From: Thermoanaerobaculia bacterium
GTDB lineage: Bacteria; Acidobacteriota; Thermoanaerobaculia; UBA5066; Gp7-AA6
Direction of reading: 5' to 3'
Assembly: GCA_036505815.1 (NCBI GenBank)
Contig: DASXSX010000006.1
Span: 9,274 to 73,273 of the forward strand
Length of the DNA stretch: 64,000 bases
Below, in pieces: positions 30,886 to 40,575 of the stretch (positions are counted from its first letter, which is position 1; every line of letters starts with the position of its first letter). The position numbers and the translations under genes were made by a program. The notes beneath the pieces are model-generated. The model did no database searches, was not told the DNA's origin, and was given only the letters and a program-made list of their open reading frames with translations.

Positions 30886-31884
30886 GTGTCGGGGTATCAG
30901 AGGTCAGGCGGTGTGACACCGTCCCGCACGATTTCCGCGCTGCGGTCGAAGGATCTACTCGGGATCGAGTCGCTCGAGCCGGAGGAGATCGTCCTTCTCC
31001 TGGACACGGCCGAGTCGATGCGGTCGATCGCGGAGCGGCCAATCAAGAAAGTGCCGGCGCTGCGCGGGCGCATGGTTGTCAATCTTTTCTTCGAGCCCTC
31101 CACCCGGACGCGCTTTTCCTTCGAGACCGCGGAGAAGTGGCTCTCAGCCGATTCCCTGAACTTCAGCGGCGGCAAGGACACGTCGGTGGAGAAAGGGGAA
31201 TCCCTGCTCGACACGGCGCGGAACCTTCAGGCGATGTCGCCGGATCTGATCGTCGTCCGGCATGCCTCTCCCGGAGTTCCCCACTTCCTCGCGAGGCATC
31301 TCGATGCTGGCGTGGTCAACGCCGGCGATGGCGCGCACGAGCACCCGACGCAGGCGCTTCTCGACGCGCTCACGATCCGGCGGCGATTCGGGCGGCTCGA
31401 GGGGCTTCGGGTCGTCATCGCCGGAGACATCGCGCACTCCCGGGTTGCGCGATCGAACGTCTTCCTGCTGACCCGGATGGGCGCGCATGTGACCGTCTGC
31501 GGGCCGCCGACGCTCCTCCCTCCCCGGGTCGAGGAGCTCGGCGCGCGAGCGACGACCGACTTCGACCGCGCGGTCGAGGGAACCGACGTCGTGATGATGC
31601 TTCGCATGCAGCTCGAACGGCAGAGCCGCTCTCTCTTTCCTTCGACGCGGGAATACTTCACGCGATACGGGCTGACGTCGGAGCGCCTGGCGCGGGCGGG
31701 CCCGGAGGCGATTGTCATGCACCCGGGTCCGATGAATCGGGGAGTCGAGATCTCGTCGGAGGTCGCCGATTCCCGGCAGTCCGTCATTCTCGAACAGGTC
31801 GCGAACGGGGTGCCCGTGCGGATGGCGGTCCTCTACCTGCTCCTGACCGGCCGGCCCTGGGAAGGGGAGCGCGAGGGCGCGTGA
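30886..31884 (+). CDS. pyrB: Aspartate carbamoyltransferase catalytic subunit.
   Basis: [29 protein letters not shown]. The start could be GTG at 30886 or GTG at 30913. Confidence 0.9.
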   Translation: MSGYQRSGGVTPSRTISALRSKDLLGIESLEPEEIVLLLDTAESMRSIAERPIKKVPALRGRMVVNLFFEPSTRTRFSFETAEKWLSADSLNFSGGKDTSVEKGESLLDTARNLQAMSPDLIVVRHASPGVPHFLARHLDAGVVNAGDGAHEHPTQALLDALTIRRRFGRLEGLRVVIAGDIAHSRVARSNVFLLTRMGAHVTVCGPPTLLPPRVEELGARATTDFDRAVEGTDVVMMLRMQLERQSRSLFPSTREYFTRYGLTSERLARAGPEAIVMHPGPMNRGVEISSEVADSRQSVILEQVANGVPVRMAVLYLLLTGRPWEGEREGA

Positions 31885-33170
31885 CGCGAGATCTCCTGAT
31901 CCGCGGCGGGCGGCTCGTGGACCCCGCCGCCGGACGCGACGGCGCCTTCGACCTGCTGCTCAGAAACGGCGCGGTTGCGGCGATGGGCGACCAGCTCTCC
32001 GCCGACGGCGCGGAGGTCCTGGATGCGGGAGGCCTCTTCGTCTTTCCCGGATTCATCGATCTGCACGTTCACCTGCGAGAGCCGGGGCGCGAGGACACGG
32101 AGACCATTTCCTCCGGCGCCGCCGCCGCGGCGGCCGGGGGCTTCACGGCGGTCTGCGCGATGCCCAATACAGACCCGGTCAACGACAACCGCACGGTGAC
32201 GGCGTTCGTCGCGGCGCGGGGGGGCGAAGCGGGAGGCGCGCGAGTCTATCCCGTCGGGGCGATCACCCGAGGCCGACGGGGCGAGGAGCTCGCCGAGTTC
32301 GGCGAGATGGCGAGCGCGGGCGCGGTCGCGCTTTCCGACGACGGCGACTGGCTGCGGGATGGAGACCTTCTGCGCCACGCGATCGAGCACGCGACGCTCT
32401 TTGGAATGCCGGTCGTCCAGCACGCCGAGGATCCCAGTCTCTCGCGGCGCGCGCCGATGCACGAGGGCGCCGTCTCGACCCGGCTGGGTCTCGCCGGCCA
32501 GCCGGCCGTCGCCGAGGCGGCCGCGGTCGCGCGGGACCTCTTGATCGCGCGTCTTGCCGGAGGAAGGCTTCACTTCGGTCATCTCTCGACGGCGCTCTCG
32601 GTCGCATCGGTTCGCGAGGCGAAGTCGCGAGGCCTGCCCGTCACGTGCGAGGCGACGCCGCACCATTTGACGTTGACCGATGAAGAGGTCTCGCGGTCCG
32701 GATACTCGACCCGTTTCAAGATGAACCCGCCGCTTCGAGAGCCGGCGGACGTGGAGGCGCTCGTCGACGCCCTGATCGACGGGACGATCGACGCGATCGC
32801 GACCGACCACGCGCCCCACCACGAAGACGAGAAGGTCGTCGAGTTCGACGCCGCGCCGTTCGGCGTCGTCGGGCTCGAGACCGCGGCTGCGGTTATCTAC
32901 GACCGGCTGGTCGCGCCCGGGCGGCTGACGCTTCACCGCTTCGTGGAGCTCTTCTCGACCGGGCCCGCGAGGGTCTTCGGCCTGCCGGGAGGCACGCTCG
33001 CGCCGGGCTCGCCGGCCGACGTCACGCTCTTCGACCCCCGATTCCGGTGGACGGTCGATCCGGCGAAGTTCCTCTCGCTCGGCCGGTCCACGCCGTTTGC
33101 CGGACAAGAGCTCGTCGGAGGGCCGGCGGCCACGGTCGTGGGAGGGCGCATCGTCTGGAGCCGGACGTAG
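31881..33170 (+). CDS. pyrC: Dihydroorotase (amidohydrolase family).
   Basis: [13 protein letters not shown]...DHAPH..., 429 aa. GTG at 31881 overlaps the pyrB stop (GTGA). Confidence 0.85.
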   Translation: MTRDLLIRGGRLVDPAAGRDGAFDLLLRNGAVAAMGDQLSADGAEVLDAGGLFVFPGFIDLHVHLREPGREDTETISSGAAAAAAGGFTAVCAMPNTDPVNDNRTVTAFVAARGGEAGGARVYPVGAITRGRRGEELAEFGEMASAGAVALSDDGDWLRDGDLLRHAIEHATLFGMPVVQHAEDPSLSRRAPMHEGAVSTRLGLAGQPAVAEAAAVARDLLIARLAGGRLHFGHLSTALSVASVREAKSRGLPVTCEATPHHLTLTDEEVSRSGYSTRFKMNPPLREPADVEALVDALIDGTIDAIATDHAPHHEDEKVVEFDAAPFGVVGLETAAAVIYDRLVAPGRLTLHRFVELFSTGPARVFGLPGGTLAPGSPADVTLFDPRFRWTVDPAKFLSLGRSTPFAGQELVGGPAATVVGGRIVWSRT

Positions 33171-33174
33171 GTCC

Positions 33175-35370
33175 TTGCCCGTGCTCGTCTCACTCTTCCT
33201 CGTTTCGGTCTTCGGTTTCTCCTCCGCGAGCTCCGAAGCCCCGCTCGAGCGGCGCGTCGCGATCGTTCTGCCGGAGGGGTGGCAGGTGCGGGGCCTCGAG
33301 CGCTGGGCGGGGTTTGCCCGCCGGGAGGGGATCGAGATCCGACTCGCCGGCGAAACCGAGCGGTTGCCTCCCGGCTGGGAAGTCGCGCGCTTCGCCGCGC
33401 CTCCCGTGCCCGATCTGTTCCGCCGGCATCTCGTGCGATTTCCCGTGGCGCTGGAGGCGTCCGGGTTCGTCTTCGACGGACGGCCTTATCGCGACGCCGG
33501 GGACGCCGTCGTTCTCACCGACCCGGATCGTCCGGCCGAGACGCTCGTGCTCGGGAATTCGCGCGACGCGGCAATGCGAATGGCGCGATGGGTGCTGGCG
33601 AGCGGGAAACGCGCGCCGGGAGAGTTCCGGGCGGTCTCGGGCGAGCTCTCGAAGGAGGGCCGCTTCCGGCGGGCTCGCTCCGGCGCTCTCGAAATCGATC
33701 GGACGTCCGGGCGAGACCGGATCGCCGATCGCGAGCGCTTCTTCTCCGCTCTGGCGAGCGAGCGGCGCGGTTCCGTCGTCTGGCTCTTCCGCGTGAGCGA
33801 GCGCCCCTCGTTCGAGCGGTGGCACCCGGTCCTGGAGCGGTTTCTCGCGGCCTCGGCAAGCCGGCCGGCGCTGACCGTCTTTCTCTATCCGGATCCGGCG
33901 GCCAAGGCGCTCTATATGGGCTCTTCGCGCCCGGCCGACGTCACCTGGGAGGGCGATCGCGGGCGGATCGACCTGGATGCCACGGCGCCGCCCGAGCCGG
34001 ATCTCGTTTCGCCGGTTCTCGCTGCGGCGGCGATCGGCGGTTCGGAGCCCGCCCTGCGCGCGAAGCGGACGCTTCTCGCCGCGGCCGGCGCCCGGGCGTA
34101 CGGCCGCTGGTGGGGTCGAGACGTGCGTTCTTTCGCGTCCTTCCTCGAGCGGGCCGGCGTTCACCCGAGCGTCGCCGAGGTCCTCGCCGACGGCGACCCC
34201 AACGACGTTTCGCCCATCTGCGCGGTCGGCGCGGCCGCGTCCTGGCTGGACGTCGGATTCCGGGAAGAAGGCGAGGCGGCGCTCCGCCGCGCCTTCGCCG
34301 TCGGCGAGGCCGGGCTGACCGCGGCGCTGACGCGCTGGAGGCGGTCCGCGCTCGCGCAGCCGGTCTCGGCGCCGCACCGCCGGGCGGCACCCCCCGGTTT
34401 TCTGCGCGGCGTCTCGTACGCGATGACGAACTCGGTCGAAGGTTCCTACGCCTCCCCCCGGTCTCTCGAGACGCTCCGGCGGCTCTCGGGCATGGCCGTG
34501 AACTCCATTTCGATCATGCCGTACGGATTCTCCCGGACCGAGCGCGCGCCACAGGTCGAGTTCGTCCACCGCAGCCCGCGGGGCGAGACGGACGAGGGAA
34601 CGCTGCGCGCCGTTTCCGACGCCCGATCGCTCGGAATGACGGCGATGGTCAAACCGCAGCTCTGGATCGGCGGGGGAGCGTTCGTCGGAACGATCGCCAT
34701 GACGACGCCGACGGACTGGACGAGGTGGTTCGCCGCGTACCGTCGCTACGCGATCCATCAGGCAATCGTCGCGGAGGCCTCTGGCGCGGCGCTCTTCTGT
34801 ATCGGGACGGAGCTCGGGGCCACGGAGGCGCGCGAAAAGGAGTGGCGCGAGACGATCGCCGCCGTTCGGCTCGCGACCGGGGCGACCCTGCTCTATACGA
34901 CCAACTGGGCCGCGCGCGCGCCGAACGTCCGTTTCTGGGACGCGCTCGACGCCATCGGCGCGGACTTCTACGATCCTCTCTCCGCCGACTCCGCCGCTTC
35001 CGACGCGGTCCTCGTCGAGGGCGCGCGCCGCGCGGCGCAGCCGGTCGCGGAGCTCTCCGCTTCGACGGGCAAGCCCGTGATCTTCGCCGAAGCGGGCTAC
35101 CCGCCAGCGCGGAGCGCCTGGATGGCGCCGCACGACGAGGAGTCCGGGCAGCCTTTCGCTCCGGAGGATGCCGCGCGTTCGGTGCGCGCCGTCTTCGCCG
35201 CGCTCACCGGGGGGAAGTGGTGGAGGGGCGTCTACTGGTGGAAAGCGTTCTCCGACGGCCGGGACGCCGGCGCCTCCGATCGCAGTTTCAATTTCCTCGG
35301 CCGGCCTGCGGGAGAGGCGATCGCTTCCGGATTCCGGCGGCTCGCGGCGACCGAAGGCGGCACGCGCTGA
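33175..35370 (+). CDS. Secreted ~730-aa protein with a C-terminal TIM-barrel glycoside-hydrolase-like domain. The family is not resolved from sequence alone.
   Basis: Signal peptide (LPVLVSLFLVSVFGFSSASS). The C-terminal region has ...GVSYAMTNS...FCIGTELG...NWAARAPNVRFWDALDAIGADFYDPL..., resembling GH-A clan architecture. The start is TTG at 33175 or GTG at 33181. Confidence 0.4.
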   Translation: MPVLVSLFLVSVFGFSSASSEAPLERRVAIVLPEGWQVRGLERWAGFARREGIEIRLAGETERLPPGWEVARFAAPPVPDLFRRHLVRFPVALEASGFVFDGRPYRDAGDAVVLTDPDRPAETLVLGNSRDAAMRMARWVLASGKRAPGEFRAVSGELSKEGRFRRARSGALEIDRTSGRDRIADRERFFSALASERRGSVVWLFRVSERPSFERWHPVLERFLAASASRPALTVFLYPDPAAKALYMGSSRPADVTWEGDRGRIDLDATAPPEPDLVSPVLAAAAIGGSEPALRAKRTLLAAAGARAYGRWWGRDVRSFASFLERAGVHPSVAEVLADGDPNDVSPICAVGAAASWLDVGFREEGEAALRRAFAVGEAGLTAALTRWRRSALAQPVSAPHRRAAPPGFLRGVSYAMTNSVEGSYASPRSLETLRRLSGMAVNSISIMPYGFSRTERAPQVEFVHRSPRGETDEGTLRAVSDARSLGMTAMVKPQLWIGGGAFVGTIAMTTPTDWTRWFAAYRRYAIHQAIVAEASGAALFCIGTELGATEAREKEWRETIAAVRLATGATLLYTTNWAARAPNVRFWDALDAIGADFYDPLSADSAASDAVLVEGARRAAQPVAELSASTGKPVIFAEAGYPPARSAWMAPHDEESGQPFAPEDAARSVRAVFAALTGGKWWRGVYWWKAFSDGRDAGASDRSFNFLGRPAGEAIASGFRRLAATEGGTR

Positions 35371-35390
35371 GCGGCGGATCGATCCTCGAC

Positions 35391-36173
35391 GTGGCAGCGG
35401 ACGCCGCGCGCGCGGGAGGCGAGATCCTCGAGAGCTACTGGCGGAGCCTCCCGCGCGGCGCGATCTCCGAGAAGAAGAAGAACGATTTCGTGACACGCGC
35501 CGACAAAGAGAGCGAGGAGATCATCGCCGCGCGGATCCGCGAGCATTTTCCCCGCGACGGCTTTCTGGGCGAGGAGGGCGGAAGGCGCGGCGGCGGAGAC
35601 GAGTCGCGCGTCTGGATCGTCGATCCGCTCGACGGCACGACGAACTTCATCGCGGGCTTTCCGTTCTGGTGCGTGTCGGTGGCGGCGCGCGAGAAAGGGG
35701 AGATCGTGGCGGGCGCCGTGTGGGATCCGCTCCGCGTGGAGCTGTACGCCGCAGAGCGGGGCGCCGGCGCGTTCCGGAACCGAGAGCGGCTGCGGGTGAC
35801 GGGGCAGCCGAACTTGGACGGCGCGTTTCTCGCGACCGGCTTCCCTTTCCGCTCGAAAGAGCGGATTGATCTGTACCTGGCTCTGTTTCGCGATCTCTTC
35901 CTGCGCGCCCGCGCGATCCGGAGAGCCGGCTCGGCCGCACTCGACCTCGCCAACGTCGCCGCGGGCGTGTTCGACGGTTTCTTCGAGTTCAAGCTCTCGA
36001 TCTGGGACATTGCGGCGGGATCGCTCCTGATCGAGGAGGCGGGTGGCCGACTGACCGACTTCGACGGCGGCAACAACCACTGGGAGCGCGGGAACGTCGT
36101 CGCGGGCACCCCCGGTGTCGCGGAGGAAATCGTTCGAGCAGCCGCGAAGCTGTTCTCGGACGCGGAAATCTGA
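35391..36173 (+). CDS. Inositol monophosphatase family protein (SuhB/IMPase/CysQ-like).
   Basis: ...WIVDPLDGTTNF..., WDIAAG and metal-binding motifs. GTG at 35391. A CTG at 35367 overlapping the upstream stop would give a more canonical N-terminus. Confidence 0.75.
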   Translation: MAADAARAGGEILESYWRSLPRGAISEKKKNDFVTRADKESEEIIAARIREHFPRDGFLGEEGGRRGGGDESRVWIVDPLDGTTNFIAGFPFWCVSVAAREKGEIVAGAVWDPLRVELYAAERGAGAFRNRERLRVTGQPNLDGAFLATGFPFRSKERIDLYLALFRDLFLRARAIRRAGSAALDLANVAAGVFDGFFEFKLSIWDIAAGSLLIEEAGGRLTDFDGGNNHWERGNVVAGTPGVAEEIVRAAAKLFSDAEI

Positions 36174-37010
36174 TTAACCCGCGAGGAGCACCGGAACCGC
36201 AGCGGCGCGCAATACGCGGTCGGTCGTGGAACCCAAAACCAGCTCGACCACCCGCCCGTGCCCGTGCGCTCCCATCGCGACGAGATCCGCTCCCGCGCCG
36301 ACCTCCGAGAAGATGGCTTCGTCCGGATGACCGGCGCGGCGGAGGCCCGACGCGGTCACCCGGCGGTAACGCAGCTCTTCTTCCGCTTCCGCCAGACGCG
36401 CCTCGCCTTCGCGTTCGTCGTCTTCGACCGTCAGCACCCGGACCGGCAGCTCCAGAAGGGCGGCGAGCTCGGCGACGAGCGCCAGGGCCTTCTTCGACTT
36501 CGGAGAGCCGTCCCAGGCGAGGAGCGGAGCGCGAAAGTCGCGGTAGTCCGCCGGGGAGACGAGCAGCGGCGCGGGCATCCGGCGGGCCAGGGCATCCGCG
36601 TGCCGGCCGATCAGATCGCGCCGGTGGACCGCGTTGGCTCCCCGGGATCCCACTGCCGCCAGACCGCAGCTTCGCGCCTCCTCCTCGAGGATCTCCGAGA
36701 CGTTGCCTTCCCGGAGAACCGGCTCGAACGAAACTCCGGCTTCCGTCGCGCGGGATTCGAACGATGCGACGATCGCGCCGCCCGCCGATACGAGCGCGTC
36801 GCGCAACTCTCCCGAGAGGTTCAGAAACGGCTGAAAACCGACCGATCCGGAAAGGTCCGCCACGACCACGCCGTCCAAGAGCGATCGGTCCACGACGTGG
36901 ATCCCCCGCACGACGCCCCCTGCGGCCCGCGCGATCCGGAACGCATGGCCGAGAGCCGTCTCCGAGTGCGGAGAGCCGTCGAGCCCGACCGCAATTCGCG
37001 AAAAGGTCAC
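36174..37010 (-). CDS. Tandem universal stress protein (two UspA domains).
   Basis: Two USP domains (IAVGLDGSPHSETAL... and ...LLAWDGSPKSKKAL...GAHGHGRVVELVLGSTTDRVL). GTG at 37010 overlaps the upstream stop (GTGA). The ORF-track N-terminus to 37379 is an Arg-rich read-through. Confidence 0.7.
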   Translation of the reverse strand: MTFSRIAVGLDGSPHSETALGHAFRIARAAGGVVRGIHVVDRSLLDGVVVADLSGSVGFQPFLNLSGELRDALVSAGGAIVASFESRATEAGVSFEPVLREGNVSEILEEEARSCGLAAVGSRGANAVHRRDLIGRHADALARRMPAPLLVSPADYRDFRAPLLAWDGSPKSKKALALVAELAALLELPVRVLTVEDDEREGEARLAEAEEELRYRRVTASGLRRAGHPDEAIFSEVGAGADLVAMGAHGHGRVVELVLGSTTDRVLRAAAVPVLLAG

Positions 37011-37813
37011 GTGACGACGACCCCGGCGTAACCAACGACGGAGGACTCGTCGCCAGTCTCGTCGCCGCTGTCGCGACGGGAGACGACTCGAGCTTGCCCC
37101 GCGCCGAGGGCTCGTGCCGCGAAGAGGAGAGCCGTGGCCGGGAGGAATCCGCACATCGAAATGGACTTCGCCAGCACGGTCTGGAAGAGTCCCTCCGGAT
37201 CGAGAGCTTCGACTTGCCCGAGAGCGATGTCGTCCTTCGCCCGCCCGACCCGCCGCGACTCGTAATGGTTCATGTCGGAGGAGGCGAGCAGGAGGGGCGG
37301 CTCGTCCTCCTCTCGGACCAGCCGGGCGAGCGCTTCGCCGACTTCGCGGCAGAGAGAGAGCGACGCCTGACCGAGACACACGGGGACAAGCTCGACGTCG
37401 GGGCGCAGGACTTTCAGGAAGGGGAGCTGGACCTCGAGCGAATGTTCGCGCCGATGCGCTTCGGAGTCCTCCTCGAGGCTGGGCGCGAGCGCGAGGAGCC
37501 GTTCGGCGAGCTGGCGCGCGAGCGGAACGTCACCGAGAGGCGTTCGCCACGCGTCGGAAGGGTCGAGCGCGGCGGGGGCACCTCGGCCCGTGTGGTTCGG
37601 ACAGAGGATCACCGCGGTACGGGGAAGGCGCAACCGGGCATAGACGGCCCCGGCGACCGGCCCGGAATAGACGTACCCGGCGTGCGGAACGATCGCGCCG
37701 ATCGCCGGCCGTGCAGACGCGTCGGCCGGGAGGAGGCTTTCGACGTGCCGCTCCAGGCTCTCCCGACTTGCATCGTAGAAAAGTCCCGCCACGGCGGGAT
37801 GGCGAATGCCCAC
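37007..37813 (-). CDS. MEMO1-family protein (AmmeMemoRadiSam system protein B-like; extradiol-dioxygenase-class-III-like fold).
   Basis: LFYDAS...IVPHAGYVYSGPVAGAVYARL...SSDMNHY is characteristic of Memo/AmrB. 268 aa. Confidence 0.75.
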   Translation of the reverse strand: MGIRHPAVAGLFYDASRESLERHVESLLPADASARPAIGAIVPHAGYVYSGPVAGAVYARLRLPRTAVILCPNHTGRGAPAALDPSDAWRTPLGDVPLARQLAERLLALAPSLEEDSEAHRREHSLEVQLPFLKVLRPDVELVPVCLGQASLSLCREVGEALARLVREEDEPPLLLASSDMNHYESRRVGRAKDDIALGQVEALDPEGLFQTVLAKSISMCGFLPATALLFAARALGAGQARVVSRRDSGDETGDESSVVGYAGVVVT

Positions 37814-37844
37814 GGCGACAATCGTAAGCCGGGAGCCGGGCCGT

Positions 37845-38675
37845 TTAGTTGACGATCAGAGTGGCTTCCGCGGCGCGGCCGGCGACGGCGACGTGGATGG
37901 TCGCGGTTCCCGCCCCTTTGCCCGAGGCGATCCCTCCCCCATCGATGGTGGCGACTGCCGGGTTGGAGGAGCGGAATTGCGCCACGGCGTTCTCCAGTCG
38001 GCTGCCGTCCGGCGCGAACGCGACCACCTGAAAGCGCTGGGAGTCGCCCACCCGCACGAGCGCGGTCGCGGGGTGAACCTCCAGGCGGGCGATTTCACGG
38101 ACCAGAACCGAAACCTCTGCCACGCCCTGCAGCTCTGCCAAATGCGCCATGACGCTCGCCGTTCCATTTCCGACGGAGGTCACCACGCCGTCGGGCGACA
38201 CCTTGGCGACCTTCGGGTCGGACGAGGACCAGGTCGGTCGGAGGGAAAGCGGCTGATTCTTCGAGCTCTTGACGGCGGCGGTGAGCGTGAAGCTCGTGCC
38301 CGCCGGCCCGATGAGCGTCGCCCGAGCCGGAACGACCTCGATCGCCGTCGCGTCTACGACCTCGACCGGCACCTGGGACGTCAGATCGCCGAAACTGACC
38401 GTGACCATCGTCTTGCCGTCCCCCTTGGAGACGATCCGTCCGCTGTTGTCGACCGTCGCGACCTCGGGCTTCGCGGATGCCCACGACACGCGTCCGGACG
38501 CCACCGCCTGACCCTTCTTGTCGAGGAGTTGCGCAGTCAACCGCTCGCTGCGGTCGATTCCATACAGCACCACCTTCCCGGGAGAGACCTGGATCGAGGC
38601 AGGCTTGCGCGAGCAGGCCGTCCCCACGACGGCGAGCAGGCAGAGCGCGGCACTCGTGGCCCGAATCGTTCTCAT
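37845..38675 (-). CDS. Lipoprotein with three bacterial Ig-like (Big_2) domains.
   Basis: Signal plus lipobox-like LLAVVGTAC. There are three ~85-aa repeats with Big_2 signatures (e.g. ...VSWASAKPEVATVDNSGRIVSKGDGKTMVTV...). Confidence 0.65.
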   Translation of the reverse strand: MRTIRATSAALCLLAVVGTACSRKPASIQVSPGKVVLYGIDRSERLTAQLLDKKGQAVASGRVSWASAKPEVATVDNSGRIVSKGDGKTMVTVSFGDLTSQVPVEVVDATAIEVVPARATLIGPAGTSFTLTAAVKSSKNQPLSLRPTWSSSDPKVAKVSPDGVVTSVGNGTASVMAHLAELQGVAEVSVLVREIARLEVHPATALVRVGDSQRFQVVAFAPDGSRLENAVAQFRSSNPAVATIDGGGIASGKGAGTATIHVAVAGRAAEATLIVN

Positions 38676-38787
38676 TGGAAAGACTTCGGAAAGAATAACA
38701 CGCCGGAGAGCGAGCCGGGTCGGCGGAGCCCGGGTTGCGAAACGACCACGCGCAAAGAGTCCCGCGAGGTAGGTCCGGGTCAGGCGA

Positions 38788-38821
38788 GTAGTTTGGTATT
38801 TCCGAAATACTACCTAACTAC
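38788..38821. promoter_or_regulatory. Imperfect 34-nt inverted repeat (GTAGTTTGGTATTTC-CG-GAAATACTACCTAACTAC) in the Big_2<->mntH divergent region. It could be an operator or an RNA hairpin.
   Basis: Seen in the sequence. The stem is 4 + 8 bp with a 3-nt bulge. Confidence 0.25.
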
Positions 38822-38836
38822 CCGCCTGCCCCCTTT

Positions 38837-38861
38837 GTGGCAAGTGGAGACCTGACCCCCC
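38837..38861. repeat. Third copy of the GTGGCAAGTGGAGACCTGACCC motif (a single substitution: CCC in place of CTC at its 3' end), ~80 nt upstream of the mntH start. It is followed by a perfect -35 TTGACA at 38896-38901.
   Basis: Seen in the sequence. Confidence 0.75.
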
Positions 38862-38943
38862 GCTACCGACATCGGAAATCTCGTAAGAAAAACGGTTGAC
38901 ACTCAATCCTGAACGGCCTCACATGCATCGCTGAGAAAAGAAA

Positions 38944-40251
38944 ATGACGGAGTCCGTCACGACACCCGACACACAGCCCGTCGAGCCGGCGAGCGCGCCC
39001 AGGAAAAACTTCGTGCGCCGCTTCTTCTCGGCGCTGGGCCCGGGTCTCATCACGGGGGCCGCGGACGACGATCCCTCAGGCGTCGCGACGTACTCGATCG
39101 CGGGCGCCCAGTTCGGAACGTCGCTCCTCTGGGCCGCCGCGATCACCTGGCCGCTCATGGCGACGGTCCAGATGATGTGTGCGCGGATCGGAATGGTGAC
39201 GGGACAGGGGCTCGCCGGCGCGATGCGGAAGAAGCTGCCGAAGGAGCTCCTCGTCGCCTTCTCGGCACTTCTCCTCGTCGCGAACACGATCAACATCGCT
39301 TCCGATCTTGCGGGCATGGCCGACGCGGCCGAAATGCTGACGGGATGGGATTCGCACTGGTTCGTCGTGCCGTTCGGAGTCGGGATCGCGTGGGCGACCG
39401 TGCGCCTGCGCTACTACCAGATCGCGAGGGTCCTGAAGTGGCTGGCGCTGTCTCTTTTCGCATACGTCGTCACCGCTTTCCTCGTCGGCCCGAACTGGCG
39501 GGAAGTCGCAAAGGCGGCGTTCGTCCCCTCCGTCCCGACCGGGAGGGAGTGGTGGGGAGCGCTCGTTGCAATTCTCGGGACCACGATCAGCCCCTATCTC
39601 TTCTTCTGGCAGGCCGGGCAGGAGGTCGAGGAGGAAAGAGCCATGGGACGCCGGATGCTCGTCCAGCGCGTCCACGCGTCGTCCAAAGAGATTGCCACCC
39701 GAAAGCTGGACGTGGGCGTGGGAACGTTCTTCTCGAACGTGGTGATGTTCTTCATCATCCTCACCACTGCGCTCACTCTCAACCGACACGGGATCACGCA
39801 CATCGAAACTTCGCGCCAGGCCGCCGAAGCCCTCGTCCCACTCGCCGGAAAATTCGCGGCGCTCCTCTATACCGTCGGCATCATCGGCGTCGGACTCCTG
39901 GCGATACCGACCCTCTCCGGCTCGGCGGCCTATGCTTTCGCGGAGACGTTTCGATGGAGACACGGCCTCGATCTCAAATTCCGCGGCGCGCGCTACTTTT
40001 ACGGCGTAGTGATTCTTTCGACCGCCGCCGGAATTGCACTCGATTTCCTGAACGTCAACCCGATCCGCGCCCTCTACTGGACGGCGATTTTGAACGGCCT
40101 GCTCGCGCCCTTCCTGCTCCTCGGCATCCTCCTGACCGCATCGGACCGGGAGATCATGGCCGGGCAGCCGAGCTCGCCCTTGAGCCTCGGAGTCGTCGCA
40201 ACGACAGCGCTGCTCATGTTCGCCGCCGCGGTGGGAATGGTCGTCCTGTAG
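38944..40251 (+). CDS. mntH: NRAMP-family divalent metal (Mn2+/Fe2+) transporter.
   Basis: GPGLITGAADDDPSGVATYSIAGAQFG...MATVQMMCARIGMVTG, 435 aa, ~11 TM helices. Confidence 0.85.
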   Translation: MTESVTTPDTQPVEPASAPRKNFVRRFFSALGPGLITGAADDDPSGVATYSIAGAQFGTSLLWAAAITWPLMATVQMMCARIGMVTGQGLAGAMRKKLPKELLVAFSALLLVANTINIASDLAGMADAAEMLTGWDSHWFVVPFGVGIAWATVRLRYYQIARVLKWLALSLFAYVVTAFLVGPNWREVAKAAFVPSVPTGREWWGALVAILGTTISPYLFFWQAGQEVEEERAMGRRMLVQRVHASSKEIATRKLDVGVGTFFSNVVMFFIILTTALTLNRHGITHIETSRQAAEALVPLAGKFAALLYTVGIIGVGLLAIPTLSGSAAYAFAETFRWRHGLDLKFRGARYFYGVVILSTAAGIALDFLNVNPIRALYWTAILNGLLAPFLLLGILLTASDREIMAGQPSSPLSLGVVATTALLMFAAAVGMVVL

Positions 40252-40256
40252 GAGGA

Positions 40257-40544
40257 ATGACGACTCGACGATTCGGCTGGTTGCTCGCGTCAACCCTTCT
40301 GTTCACGGCCTGCTTCTCCGCCGGCTCGAGCGTCCGAGTCACGCACAATCCACGTGACGTGTCGATGTGCCGTTACCTGGGCGAGGTTTTGACCACGAAA
40401 GGCTTGGGTGATCTGAAGAGAAGAACGAGAGCGCTCGACGCCAACACTGTTTTCGTGGTTGGCGAGAGCGTCTCGGTTCGAAACGCCGAACGGGAAATTA
40501 GTGGCCAGGCCTATCGCTGCCCCGGGCCGGGGGAAATCGGGTGA
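40257..40544 (+). CDS. Small lipoprotein of 95 aa, function unknown.
   Basis: ATG at 40257 preceded by GGAGGA. Signal plus lipobox (LLASTLLFTAC). Its stop overlaps the mntH stop region. The ORF-track start at 39177 is a read-through. Confidence 0.45.
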   Translation: MTTRRFGWLLASTLLFTACFSAGSSVRVTHNPRDVSMCRYLGEVLTTKGLGDLKRRTRALDANTVFVVGESVSVRNAEREISGQAYRCPGPGEIG

Positions 40545-40575
40545 CCCGCGGGCGATCACTCGTGAGTCGGCCCGG

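Noticed and set aside
38760-38870. yybP-ykoY Mn2+ riboswitch upstream of mntH
   Set aside because: Only loose resemblance (GAGTAG, GGAGACC). The GGAGACC element is part of a motif that also occurs twice upstream of the helicase, which a riboswitch would not explain. A covariance-model scan is needed before making this claim.
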